Below are positions 25,450 through 38,194 of a stretch of 64,000 nucleotides of DNA, piece after piece. A program made the translations under genes and the position numbers. Position 1 is the first letter of the stretch; each line of letters begins with the position of its first letter. The stretch comes from Vicugna vicugna. Taxonomy: Eukaryota. The DNA lies in the NCBI GenBank assembly GCA_013265495.1, contig MU058384.1, positions 5,638,792 through 5,702,791 on the forward strand, given 5' to 3'. Under the pieces are notes generated by a model that ran no database searches, was not told the origin of the DNA, and worked only from the letters and a program-made list of their open reading frames with translations.

Positions 25450-26480
25450 GGGCACTTCACTTTACAGAATGAAATACTGGTCTGATTTCCTCTTTGATGT
25501 GCCCTTTGATGGACTGCTGCCTTCTTGAAGAGAAAGCCTCATTTAACTTCAGTTACATGAGAAGCTCAAATATGCCTTGCTGTTACCTCCAACCATTTGT
25601 TCATCTTTCACATAATAGCTATTCAAATGCTGGGAAACTGTAGCCATGGCCTTCCTAAGTTTTTCATATCCATCTTTCTTATTTGATCTCTCTATCAGAG
25701 TTTCTCTAGAGAAACAGAGCCATTAGAAGATACATAAGAAGAGAGTTATCTCAATGAATTAATTTATATAATTGTGGAAATGGCAAGTCTGAAATGTATA
25801 GAGCAGGGTGGAAGGTTGACACAATCTTGAGGCAGAATTTCTTCCTTCTCAGGGAAATTTCAGCTTTATTCTTAAGGGCTTTCAACTGATTGGGTGAGGC
25901 CCACCCAGATTTTCATGAAAGTCAACTGACTGCAGATATTGATAACATCCACGAAAACCCTTCACAGCAAATCATAGATTAGTGTTTAATTTTATAACCA
26001 GATATATAACCCAGCCACATTGATACGTGTAACTAACCATCACAATCTCCTCTCCCCTTGCATCTGCTCTTATTTGGGTGGTAGCTTGTCAATACCCCTA
26101 TTAAATTCGGAAGAACAAGTCTAGAACCAGTGCTCCTGATTTGATTTATCAGGACAGAGGTCAATGGATCACCTCCCTTGTTCTGGCCTCAGTGTTTCTA
26201 CTGATATAGCCTCATTCCAACAGTCCAGAAGATGGATTAGATGATTCCTATAAAGTTTAGTGTGAACCAAAATCCCTAGGACTTTTTCCACTTGAAATGT
26301 TTTTAAGCCAGTCTCTCTTATTCCATAGCTAGAAGGAAAATAGTGAGTTGACCTGTCGTAGCTCAAGTGTAAGAAAGCTCAAGTACATAGTTAAACTTGA
26401 TTAACTGTGAGTGACTTTCTTGGTACAAGTTATATGGGGGATTACAGTATGTCAGAATTGACAAGGTCATAAACATCTTG
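25450..26480 (-). mobile_element. L3/CR1 LINE relic, interrupted by MLT2
   Basis: Minus-strand translation ...EKVLGILVHTKL... resembles the CR1 ORF2 motif EKDLGVLVD; boundaries approximate. Confidence 0.6.
25691..26044 (-). mobile_element. MLT2 (ERVL) solo LTR, MLT2D-like
   Basis: ctagagaaacagagcc...tcaactgattgggtgaggcccaccca...taaccatcaCA; perfect 5-bp TSD atctc at 25686-25690 and 26045-26049. Confidence 0.92.
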
Positions 26481-27699
26481 ATTTCCCTCTGCCCCTACTT
26501 GCCAAGTGCCTGCAAATTTCTCTGAAGTAACTAGTGACTCTGTCTCTTCTGAGAACCAGTTTCATCTTTGGAAAGCTAACTGTGAATAATCACAAAATTA
26601 ATCACCCTTATTCATGTATATGCATTATATGTACTCACAGAGGGCTCACATGCCTTCCTGTTACTATGCCCTGCTTATCTTCTGATTCTCACCAATTTTT
26701 AGGTAAGTATGATCACTGCGTCTTAACGGATGAGAAAATACTTAGAGTTTAACTTAGTCATTCAAAATCACACCTTTAATAAGTTCAAGAAACAACTCTT
26801 GAAATCAGACCTTCTAACAGTCCTAAGATATTGAGACAAACATCAAAACAGACAGAAGCTAAACCTATGAATGGGTAGGTGGATGAAAAAGTTTGATCAG
26901 GCCTTAAAAATACGGTTCTGGGCTAGATTCAAAGAAGCTGGAACAAAAAATGAGGCTGTGAAATTTCCAAAGATTGGGTCTACTACTTCATTCAGACCCC
27001 AAGAGGTGACAGGTACACATGAGCAACTAATACAAAAAATATTTGTTAAACTTGATCCATGCAAGACACTGCTTGGGGTGACAAGGTGTCTAAAGTGAAA
27101 CCTGGCATTTATCAATACCAGTGGATGGAAAGGTGAGAAACACCTGGTGATGAAATTATAAGTAAATCACCAGCCACTTAAGTTCAAAATATGTCAAAAT
27201 TACATAAATCCTATGAAAAAATAAATACAGACAGACAGACAGACAGACAGGCATATATCCATAAATAAATAAATGCATGCTATGGAAATCACTGGTCCAA
27301 GGACATGTTAGAAATTTTACGATAGCCCTCAAGGTCTCATACACCTTCTTAGAAAAAAGAATAGCAACAGTAATGGCCAAGAAATCAGTCTTACAGACCG
27401 AACCCTCAGGGGAATTCACAGGGTATAAATGGAGTCTTCCTATTTCGTATACACATCATGAGTTATTTTCTCCTAACCCTTCTAGCATGACATTATGGCA
27501 AAAAAAATTCTTTTGTATTTCTCATAACTCCAGGAAGGGAATATACCTCATGGTAATCATCCATGAAAATAAACACTAGCTGGAATCATTAAAGAATGCA
27601 TGAATCATGGGGCTATACCATATAACAGATTTACACGAGAAATCTGAAGTAAAAATGGGAGGGGGTGTTCAAGGAGGAAGATACTTCATGGAGTTGTAA

Positions 27700-28110
27700 T
27701 CAGCCTTCATGAAGATATTTTTAGAGTCAGGTTTTCAAGCTTGGGTAAGATTTGACCTAGCAAAACTGAGATGAGCTGAAGAGTAAAAGTCATCCCTGTT
27801 GACAAGAACCCATGAGAACCCAGACATTCAATGGTCGAAAAATGAAGGATTAGTTAAGAAAAGACTAAATAATCTGTTCTGGCTGGTATATGGCCCAAAG
27901 GGAGGCGAGTCATGGGGAATAAGATTGTAAGTGGAGAGATTCCAGGTAAACAAAGTGCTTGGCCCTTAATCAGTAGCCAAGTCACTGAAGGTACCAAGCA
28001 AGGAAATGATATAATCAAAACCATGTTTTAGGAAGATAGATCTAGCCGGAAAGTGTAGGGTGGATTGGAAGAGGCAAAAGAAGAAAGGGAACTGAGTAGG
28101 CTGCTGTGAT
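27700..28110 (-). mobile_element. L2 LINE fragment
   Basis: agtcactgaagg...aagcaaggaaatgatataatc...tgttttaggaagat...ggattggaagagg. Confidence 0.65.
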
Positions 28111-31100
28111 GGTGTTCAATCAGCACTTAACCTGTGACTCTTGGGTGCTTAAAGAATGTTCCCTCTGGGACTGAGAAGGGAAAATGTACTACTGAGCTTG
28201 TTGTCTGCTGGCCATCGCTCTTATTTCAATCAACAACATTCCCTTAATATTCAATTCACTAGAGACAGGCCTGGCATTCAAATCTTTTGTTTTCATACAC
28301 TGTAAGTTTTTGTTTTGTTTTTTTTTTGTTTTAGTGGCTTTATTAGCTAAAGTACCCATAAACATTCATTCGAATAATTTTGTTCCACGTTTTTGGAAAA
28401 TTCTTTCCTATTTTTTGATTAGTGAGAATTAGTTATGTTCAGAATATTTGCTCTCTATTTCTTTATAAAATGCAAGTTCTTATTTTATTTAACACTAGAC
28501 ATGGACAAATGATCCTTTAAAAAAAAACACCTTTTATTATCTTCTAGCACTTGGTGGAAGGCTCAGGGACATCTGGATTGTGGAAAGAAATGAAATTTTG
28601 GTCATTATCAATTTGGGATGTAAACAAAGATCGTAAAATTCAAACTTGTAAGAACCATTTGAGTTCAAGCAATCTGACAGCTTTTATTCTTGGGTGAATC
28701 TTCATCACACAGTCTACTCTGTCATTTCCACAAAGAACAACCCCAACTCTATCTCCTCTTTTCCCAAACTGGGGCTGGTGTTCAGTTGGCATGTATGATA
28801 AGTTACACTGATTTTGAAATATTGGAATCCTTCTATAAGGGTTAATAAATACCCACTGTCCAGAACCTTCTGAGTGTCCTCTGCCTCCAACCAACCCAGT
28901 GGTCCAAAAAGGGCTGTCCCAAAGGACGCGACAAGAACTCTTCACAGTCTAACACACAAAAGGGTGAAAGCGAGACAGCAGGGGCCCTAAGCAATCCTGT
29001 CTGTGTGCTACAGACAATATCTGGGCTCCGTGCCCCTGCTATTCAGCTGGTGAAATATTTTGAATTATCACAACTAACTAAAAGCAACTTTTTTTCCCAG
29101 ATAATTTTACTCCTTGCATCTAATTAGGCTATGAGCTACATGAAAAAAATAATGTGTATTCTTTCTGAAGTCTGGGTTAAGAGGCATCTCTGCCTCTCAC
29201 TAGGTAGACTATTATCTCAGGTTTTTCCACAAGAGAAAAATATTTCCTCAGGGCGCATCCCTGGAGCTTGCAATCCAAAAAAAGGAGAAAGCTCTATCTC
29301 CCTGCTTCAGTATGAAAAGTAGAGACTGCAGAGAAACACCCTGATTGGTTCTGATTGGGTCACATGCCAACTCTTGGCCCAATAACCATGGCCAGTGGCA
29401 TGAGGTCCCACAATTGTCTTTGCCTAATGTTTTATATGAAGCTCTCCCCATAAAGCTGAAAGGTTTGCTGTTTTCTTTTGAGGTTATATGAGGGCCATAC
29501 TAATGAAATGCATTAAATACGTATTTCTGGACACCCGTTGGCAGATTTCACTATTTCAAGGCGGAGGGATCACCAGGGATAATATTGCTTCTGGGATCTT
29601 TCATTGATTCTAATTCTTTACCTTTAATATTATTAGTTTTTTTTTCACATCTCCAAAATGCTTCTGTCCTGAAAAATATCTTTTTTTCCTTCTCCATTTA
29701 CATAGAACATTCATAGTAATGGTAATTTTCCTCTGTCTCAGTTGTCCTGAGGTCACAGTGAGCTTTCCAGTTTCAGCACTTTCCATAGGATTTTCAAACA
29801 ACGGCAGTTCATTCCCGCTCCCTTCTCCCATCTCCCACATGTTCAGTACCTCACACACTCCTTGGACATAGCAGGTACTTGGTAAATATCTATTGATTAG
29901 TTTTGACTTCTTTCTTGTGTTCAGGGAACAATTGCATCTTACGATTTTCTTTATAAAACATGAAGTGAGAAAAAAAATAGAATATTGAAATAGAAACCAT
30001 TACCAACACAGCACAAGCATCATTTAGAGGAAAATCGTTTTTGCATAAAATTGAAACTGGCTGTGCTGTGAAGCTTCTTTTACAAGAAGACTCATCGAAG
30101 GAGCAGAAACATCAGGGAGTCGTAATAAGCCCCTATTTTGGAGGTTAATAATCTTCTCTTTCATTTAGCACCTTCAATTTAATTAAGTAATGTACACTGT
30201 TCACATAAGGAGACTTTAATTCAGTCTTATCATTACAATTTAAATGGATTTTTCTAACAACTGCCCTAAAACCATAAGATTATTTTAAGAGCCTTGTGAG
30301 TTTTTTCACAGTTTATCTAATGGAAGTAATACATAGTTATAGAAGAATGCGACTGGTGTGGCAAGTGGGGAGAACATGTAGTGGATAAACCAAGCGTTAT
30401 TTGATCATTGTTCATTCAACAGCGCTGGGCGCAACAACACCATAGAAGTCGGGGCACTGAATTGTCCTAGCAGAACCCAGGCTATGTGAAGACATAGCTT
30501 GGAATCTGCAATGTGGCTGGAAGGGACTGCAAGGCTTACCTGCTCCGAGCTTCTCATTTCACAGATAAGGGCAGTGAAGTTCAAATGGGTTAAGTGACTT
30601 GCTCAAGGTGGCTGCAAAGCCAGAACTAGGATCCAGTTCTCTTAATCCCGTTCACTCATTTCTGTAGAAAATCATTTTTCTCTTTTAAATGTTTTTTGGT
30701 TTAGTAAATTGGAAATCCAAATCACTTGTAAACTGGCTGTTTCATCCCAGAATAACATAAAAGCCAGATTATATTTGCTGTTTAGGAAGTTTTCATGTGC
30801 CATGCCTGACCCTACCCTAAACCGTAAGAATCTAATAAATTCATAATAGGCCTAGATTATTAATGAATTCAACAGCTACATGAAATAATAAATGACATTG
30901 TATTTGATTCAGGGTGGGGAGGAGGAAGACGGGAAGGAACTGGTCTCTGAAGGGCAATACGGTAGAACTCCAACAAAGGACACAGAGTGGCACTTCTGCT
31001 CTGTGTTATCCTCAGGGATAACCCCTCTCAGTGCCCCCCTGCCTGGGCCCACCCGGCGACCTCCTACCCAACCTACTCAACCCACCCCCAGACCTCCAAG

Positions 31101-32242
31101 ACCCCACTTTTTTCATGCTTCATTCTGTCTTCCCTGACCTTCATCCAGGACACACAGAGCTTGAAAATAAAATTTAAAAAATTTAAACACTATGGGTGAA
31201 TCTTCATTTTTTTAAAGCGCCCAGGTTTAGAAATGCATGGAGATAGATATGCCTTCTTGAGACCACCTGTGTACACAGTGCTCATTCCCCTGGTCTAGGC
31301 TGCCTTTCCCCTGAGCATATTCCAGTTCATCCCGAGTACAGCTAATCTGATCACTCGAAAGCTTAAAATCCTTAAGTTTTCCCTCCCTGTGATTGAAGGA
31401 TAACATTTCAGCATCCAGGCATTCAAGTCCCTTTGATACCTGACCCCCTTACTTCCCTGGCTTTCTGTCTTGCCCTCTGCTGTCTTACCCCCAATGTCGG
31501 CTCAGGACAAGTCCATCATGCTCTCCACCCAAAAGCCGTCCCCATCACCTCCCTTTCCTGGTTGTCCCCAAAGGTGAACTCCTACTGGCTTAAACACTGT
31601 TTTACAGCTGTTGATTTCCTTGTCGGTTTCTTAAGGACAGTTGTCCCTTATTTTTTATTCTCTGTGCTTTGACTAGTATCTGGCATTAAGCCAGTCAACA
31701 AATATTTCTTTATCACTTGCTATAGGCTGGGAGCTGTGCTCTGGGGATAGAATCGTGAGCCTGTTGGGAGTTTCGGCTCAATGTGAAGGCAGACAGGAAA
31801 TGGGGAGGGATGGGCTAGGAAGAGGGAACACACAAAAGAAACTTTGTAAATGTCCCATTGATGAATAAATGAGAGAAAATAGTGTCTTTCTCCTTGTGAA
31901 ACTCACATTCTAATAGGGAAACAGACAAGTAAATAAGGGTGAATGGGTGTTCTCATTTGCACAAATAAATACTCTAATGGGTCAAGGGGTGGTGGGAAGT
32001 CAGACAACAGTAGTCTGTCCCAAGTATGCGACACTTAGCAAAAGTTCCCAGATAGAAAAGAGAGGTCAGAGGAAAGAGTTTGTATTCAATCAAAGACATA
32101 GGAGAAAAGTCTTTAATACAACTGCAAACTAAATGATATGGTGGAAGATTTGGATGCATTAAGGGCACAATGGGAGAGGACAATGCAGATTCTAAGGGAA
32201 CTGGTGTCCCAGGCCAAAGAGTTTAGACTTGACCAGTTAGAT

Positions 32243-32482
32243 AAGTGTTCTTCAACTGGTGTGTCACCTGTTAGTGGGTCGTGAAATCAAGTCAGTGGAT
32301 TGAAATAAGCATTTTAAAGGAATAGATTAAAATAGGAAATAGTGCATTTCATGGAAAAAGGATAAACTTGGAAGTAGAACCAGTCATTTCAGTTGTATCT
32401 CTTTATATCATCATAAATGCATATCTGCACAGGGCTTTCTGACAGCACATCCATCCTCATCAAGCAGGTTTGAAGGCCACCG
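32243..32482. mobile_element. hAT-Charlie MITE (MER112/113-like)
   Basis: ttagtgggtcgtgaaatcaa...; degenerate TIRs agtgttcttcaac / gtttgaaggccaccg. Confidence 0.6.
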
Positions 32483-33244
32483 CTGCCATGGATGGAAAAC
32501 CACTGAAGAGTTTAAAGCTGGGACAAGATCAGCTTTTGCATTTGGAAAGATGCTGTGGTTTCAGTGGGAATAGATGAAAGGGTCAAGGCCATTTAGGGGT
32601 TGGCTTTAAGAATCCAGATAAACGACAATAAAATAGTGATTTTCAGGTGGAGAAAAGGAGATAGACTTGAGAGCTGCAAGATAGATAGAAGTGCTGATTC
32701 ATCCCTCCTTTCCACCTCCAAGCTACTATTCTTTTTCAGCCCTTATTATTTCTTTTATAATCAAAGATTCCTGACTCATCCAGCTCTTTGTGTTCCTGAC
32801 CCACTTCAATCCATTCTTCGTACTGAATTTTTGAGCTCACGCTTTTAACTGTTTGCTATGTTAACACTTACGATGTGGAAAGACACATCTGCCCATCCCA
32901 CTCTCCTGCTTAGGACACATTAATGACTAGGCATTGCCCCACCACCCAACCTCTCTACCCAGCTTCAGTTCTTGTCTCTCTTCTTTGGGCTCATTTTCTA
33001 TACATCCCATGCAGATTCTTGTCTCTGTATTTTGGCTTCTGCCATCCTTTCTGCTGGAAATGTCTTTCCCATTTCAACTCGCCTGGCTTCCTTTAACTCA
33101 ATGTTCAAGACGCAGGTTAACTGTCACTTCCTCCAGGAAGCCTTCCATGACTTCTCCCAACTGGACCAAATACCTCCCGTCTTTTCTGCCACAGCAGTTT
33201 GTACAAACGTCTCTTATGGCTTGGAGCCATAACTATATTAGCAA

Positions 33245-33450
33245 ATATTAACCAGGCGTTCACCCAGTACCAAGCACTGGGCTTACTTGCATCGTCTCAC
33301 TTTGTCCTCACAAAGCCCTGATGAAGTTAGTATTATCATTAACTCCATTTTACAAGCGTAGGAACTGCTTTGAGAAGTTTCCCAAACAGTGATGCTGGAC
33401 ATGCAGCCAGGCAGAGTGGTTCTCGAGCTCATGGTTTTAACTGGTTGCTA
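33245..33450 (-). mobile_element. MIR SINE
   Basis: ccaagcactggg...tcctcacaaagccctgatga...ccattttaca...gagctcatggttttaac. Confidence 0.75.
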
Positions 33451-33641
33451 CATTAACACTTACGAGGTAGTAATAACCCACAGGCTCATGGGGAAGTCCC
33501 CACTGAAGCGCAAGCAACCTTCCTCAAAGGTCACTTAAGCAATTCTATTTCTTTGTGTCTCCACCACCCAGCATAATGCCAGGCAGAGAGTTGTTGATCT
33601 TTTGCTGAAACCTTGAAATGCTGCAGAGTATGCAAGCCAAG

Positions 33642-34097
33642 TGTCAACAAAAAATTGATCAGTCAATCTAAGAAAGAAGTGGAAAATTTTATTTGAGCCA
33701 AATTTGAGGATTATAACTGAGAAGAGCATCTCAAAAAGCTCTGAGAATGTCCCGCCGGTTAGAAATCAAGGTCCAGGTTTGTAAATTTTTTGAGACAGAA
33801 GGCTATACGTCAAATGATGTATTATTGATAGTTTACATAATCCAGATCTAAGCGACATGTGACCCCTTACAGGATCAAGGAGGGATATTACCTTTTAAGG
33901 AGCTGTGTTGTTGATGCTGGAATGTTACTCCTTATGGGTGAGCAGGTACTCCTGCCCAAGGGGGATGTTTGGTCCATGCATAATGCCAATAAATACACAA
34001 TGCACAGTGTGGGGAGAGGTGGTCAAAGGGCAGAGAAGAATTTTTTGTGTTTAAATTTTTCTTGTCTTGCCATAACATATAAATCTTAGTTCACTCA
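33642..34097 (-). mobile_element. ERV1-type solo LTR
   Basis: TG...CA ends, about 455 bp; tttatt poly(A) signal followed by tgagccaaatttgaggattataac...ctctgagaa, a MER41/LTR-like reverse-strand layout. Confidence 0.8.
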
Positions 34098-35911
34098 GGT
34101 AAATACTGAGAAGTGTCCAATGGATTTGACCATGAGGTTTATGGGTATCTTGGTGTGAACTTGTTTAAGTGGAGACTCTTTTTGTCCCAGAAAATATTTG
34201 GCAATCCATAAATATTGTTTAATGAATAAATTGCAATGGACTGAGGAGTAAATGTGAGGTGAAGAAACGGAGATCATGGTTTCATAAAGGTTAGCTAAGA
34301 AGGAAAAGGGCTGAGGTGGTGGTGAAGGAGGGTTTCTGGAATGAGGAAGTTGGTGGGTGAAAAGGGGGTGTTATGTGTTTGGTTAGTTTGCTGGCTTTTT
34401 AAAGAAAGTTCAAGAACAATGTGTGGACTGTGCTAGGAGGCAGTAGCCAAGAGAGAGGGAGAAGTTAAAGATCCTGGAACAGGGGATTTCTTGGAGAAGA
34501 CAGAAGGGGAAAGTTCCAAAGCGGGTGTGGGTGGCTTTCCTGTGGCCAGCCGGCCAGGGTTTTTCCCAGGGGCCAGCCCAGCACTGCCGGTTTCCCTGAG
34601 CCTCGTTTTTCGATTCCAAAAGCAAATCACACATACTGCCCCGTAGAGATCTTACCTGAAATCATTCTCTCCTACTTTTTTTTTAACTTTCTAAATCCAG
34701 GAAAGACTAATTCAAACTAAAAGGTTCATTCCCAGAACTTAAAGCACCAAGAAAAACTTTACTTCCATTTCCAGAGAGAGACCCGTGTCAGTAATTCTGA
34801 GCTTCTTCTACGTAAAGCTTGGTAGGGTGGGCCCCTCAGTGGGGAGGGGGGGAGAGGGAGTCACAGAACAAAAGCACAAGGACTGTGTTTAGTGTGGAAT
34901 CCTCACACTCTTGCGGAGGTGAAGCGGGAAGAGGGGGTCAGCTGCAGGGGGAGATGGGGCTGGGGGTGTCGGCCACTTTGAGCAGCACCATAGAAAAGGA
35001 TGGAGCCATGTGGGCTCTCTCCTTCCTGTCTCTGCCCGCTGTTCCTCCCCACCACCCCATCCCCCAGACCAGGTCTGAGGAAACACAGGGTTAGACCCTG
35101 AGATTCTAGAACAGGATGCAACTACCTTGGTCAAGGCTGAGAAGAAAGGACCGGAAAATCCCAAGGGCAATGAATGGCATGAGAGGATGGGGAATTCCAG
35201 GAGTCAATCTGTCTTCTCAGGGTGCCTGCTCCTGGGAGGTATTGCTGTGTAAGGCAAACAGTTCTACGGAGAATACTTATTACCTTGATAAAGAATGGTA
35301 GCAAAGCACGTTCAGATCTATAAGTGAACAATTACAGTGATTGTCAAAAATAATCAAGCAATTGCTGTTTTTATTGCCTACTATTTGTAAGACCTATTGC
35401 TAGCTTCTGACGAATAAAAACAAAAACAAAAGCCTAAGAAGCTGTCCTCATTCTTATGTTCCAGTTGGAGAGAGGATGTGGGCATAATAACAACCAGTGA
35501 GCATCCAAGTGCCAGGGTTGCAGACAAGTACTAAACACTACAGATGCTCAGAGAAGAGACAGCTGGACAATGAGCACATACAGCTGGGGTGGAGAAGTCA
35601 GACGGACATCACTGACCTTGTATGGTGGCACTGCTATATTTCAGGAGTCAGGCTAGGAAGCAGCCCCGGGCACCAGTGTGAGGACTTTGCTTCCAGGAGC
35701 CTTTTCCTGAATTACATTAATGTATAGAGCCAGCTTGCTGACAGGCCCCCTTTGGAAAAGGAATAAGTTTGGAGGTCTTTTTTTAATCATCAGTTGAATT
35801 ATTCAAATAATTGAATTCTAAAAAACTCACTTGACTAGATCTGAATGGAAAGTTATTGTGGCAGCCTAGAAACAAAGTCAGTTTTCTATGATAAAAAATG
35901 CCCCTCTGGGA

Positions 35912-36063
35912 GAGGGGGAGGTATAGCTCAATGGGAGAGTGCATGCCTAGCATGCACAAGGTCCTGGGTTCAATCCCCAGTACCTCCATTAAAAATAAAC
36001 AAAAAAATAAATGCCTGATTATCTCCTTCCTCGAAGTAAAAAAAAAAATAATAATTTTTTCTT
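35912..36063 (+). mobile_element. vic-1-type SINE with perfect 17-bp TSD
   Basis: GGTATAGCTCAATGGGAGAG...GGTTCAATCCCCAGTACC; TSD aaaatgcccctctggga at 35895-35911 and 36064-36080. Confidence 0.95.
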
Positions 36064-37619
36064 AAAATGCCCCTCTGGGAATTGCTGAAGTTGTGTTCAA
36101 CATCAAGTTCACTTGGATTTTAAGGGAAAAGATAGCTCTTTACTCCTGGAAAACAAAAGGAAAGATGAGAGGAGCAGGCACTACCTTCTGAGTTCACAAA
36201 TAAGTACCTGAACGCTCTCTAATTTTTCTGCATCAGCTGATATCATTATCAGCTAGACCATATTAAATTAAGAATAATATTTGTTTACTCTTACATAATA
36301 GGAAAAAAACCACTAGCGGAAAATCCCTCGAAGCTGGCCAATCTCTTCAATCACATCTGGTGATTCTCTGGTCTGAAGGATTATTGCTTTTGGATTTTTT
36401 TTTTTTTCAAACAAAGAAATTAATCAAACCGGAGCAGGCTGCTTTAGCAAAGAAATTGGCTTAGTATTTGGCAGGCACACTGCTCGGTGAGAATAGCTGT
36501 ACAGTTAAAAGAAGGGCCTTACTGTTTGACCCTGTGTCTAGGGAGGTAATTGCTCCTTAAAAAGTCTGAGGCTGTTAGGAGAACAGGCTTCTATAAGCCC
36601 CAAGTGAGGGAGTTCTCAATTTGCTCAGGGTGAGGAGGATGTCCTGCCCTAGTCTGTGTTTGTTTACCAGGCTCTCCACAAATGGGTATGTAGCTCTGGA
36701 TACAGGAGGCCCAGGTGGCCGAGGAGCCAGGCCTGCGGCTTGTATCCGGGCATTCATTTTTCTCACACATGCAGCTGCTCCGGTTTTCCGAGAGCCATTG
36801 TGACTGGTCCCTGAGGGGCTCCCAAAGCCACTGGCTGTCAGCTACTCCCTCCAGCACAGCAGCTCACTGCCTGGAGGGACACAATAGGCTTGCATTCCCT
36901 CCGGGGCAGAGGGAGCCTTGTGCACTCAGCAGTTTTGGAGGGTACCTTGCCGGAGTCCCGCGCCGGAGGGAGAGCCCTGGTACTCACTCCCAGTCCAGCC
37001 TCTCGCCCGAGATCAAGTGCACATCCTCAACCCTGTCATGAATCAGGCCTATAAAAAACATCCGGGAGGCTGGGAAGCAGTGAAATGTGTAAAGGAGTAG
37101 CAGGCAGGGACAGACTGAAGCCAGCGTGAGGACTTAGCCAAAGGAGAGAAAGCCTTTCAAGAGGCAGCAGGCAATTAATGCCGCCCTGTTACAAAATGTA
37201 TTACCCTATCTATTTTTACAACACCTTTCTCCCTGATGCTTCTGGAAAAATGAGTAGTTCTAAATTTCCCTTGCCACCACATTCTCTGTGGAAAGAGAGG
37301 CAGTACCCTTACTCCCATGTCCGGAGGCCTCAGAATGGGTTCATTCATGGAAGGTTATTTGGAATCCTGGGCTTTTCTAGTGAAATCTCACCCCACCCAC
37401 AACTTGCCCCCAGGGGGAGGTGTTAAGGCACAAAACACATATCCGCTCTTAGAAGACTTCACTAAATCAGGTATTTCAGTAAATTCACATGCAATGTAAT
37501 ATATTCTAAAATCCAAGTCCCCAGAAACAACAGTTTAACACCTAGACACATACTTTACAAGAACATTCAGGCAAGTTTTCTGGAAGACTTCAGAAGAATG
37601 TGGCTATTTGTTTCAAGTT

Positions 37620-38040
37620 TCTAATTCATCTTCACAGCTTAAATCTTTCCCTGGAAATCCAGACTCAATCCAGCTGCCTATTTGATAGCTCTCTTGGATG
37701 TCTTACAGCCTTATCACCTGCAGCCTTATCACCTCGCAGGTCTTGCCTGGAAAGCCACCTTCTCAGGGAAGCTTTCCTTTCTTATAAAATTAAAATTGAG
37801 CCCTCCCACCCCCAATGAGCCTGATCACTCATCTCTGTTTTCTTTCCCCCTTACTTATTATAATTTACTTATTTTATTAAATAATTTATTAACACCCTTA
37901 ATAAATTAATGTATTCCCTTAGTCATAAGTCAAGCTCCACGTGGGCAGGTTTTAGGGGAATCTATTCTGTAAACGGCTGTATTCTCAATGCCTGACACAC
38001 AGCTGGTCTTCAGGAATGAGTGGTGAATGGATGAATGAAA
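37620..38040 (+). mobile_element. L2 LINE fragments including the 3' end
   Basis: tccagactcaatccagctgccta...aagctccacgtgggcagg...gcctgacacac...gaatggatgaatgaa. Confidence 0.7.
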
Positions 38041-38194
38041 GTTAAAATGTCCAAAGCATTGGATTTTTTTTTAAGATAGAAGATAGCAAATGATTTTATT
38101 TCTTCTTCATAGAATTCTGCTTCATACTTTTTCTACTTGGTAGAATAACTTTAAAGGTCAAGCAGTGACTCTTGAAGGCACAGGGTAGACTTGA

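Larger units (their letters stand above)
33490..36330. promoter_or_regulatory. Putative NF-kB/STAT-responsive enhancer or promoter cluster
   Basis: Four GGGRNWYYCC matches (33491, 35153, 35189, 36318), four near-matches in 34482-34566, GAS TTCCCAGAA at 34729. Confidence 0.6.
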
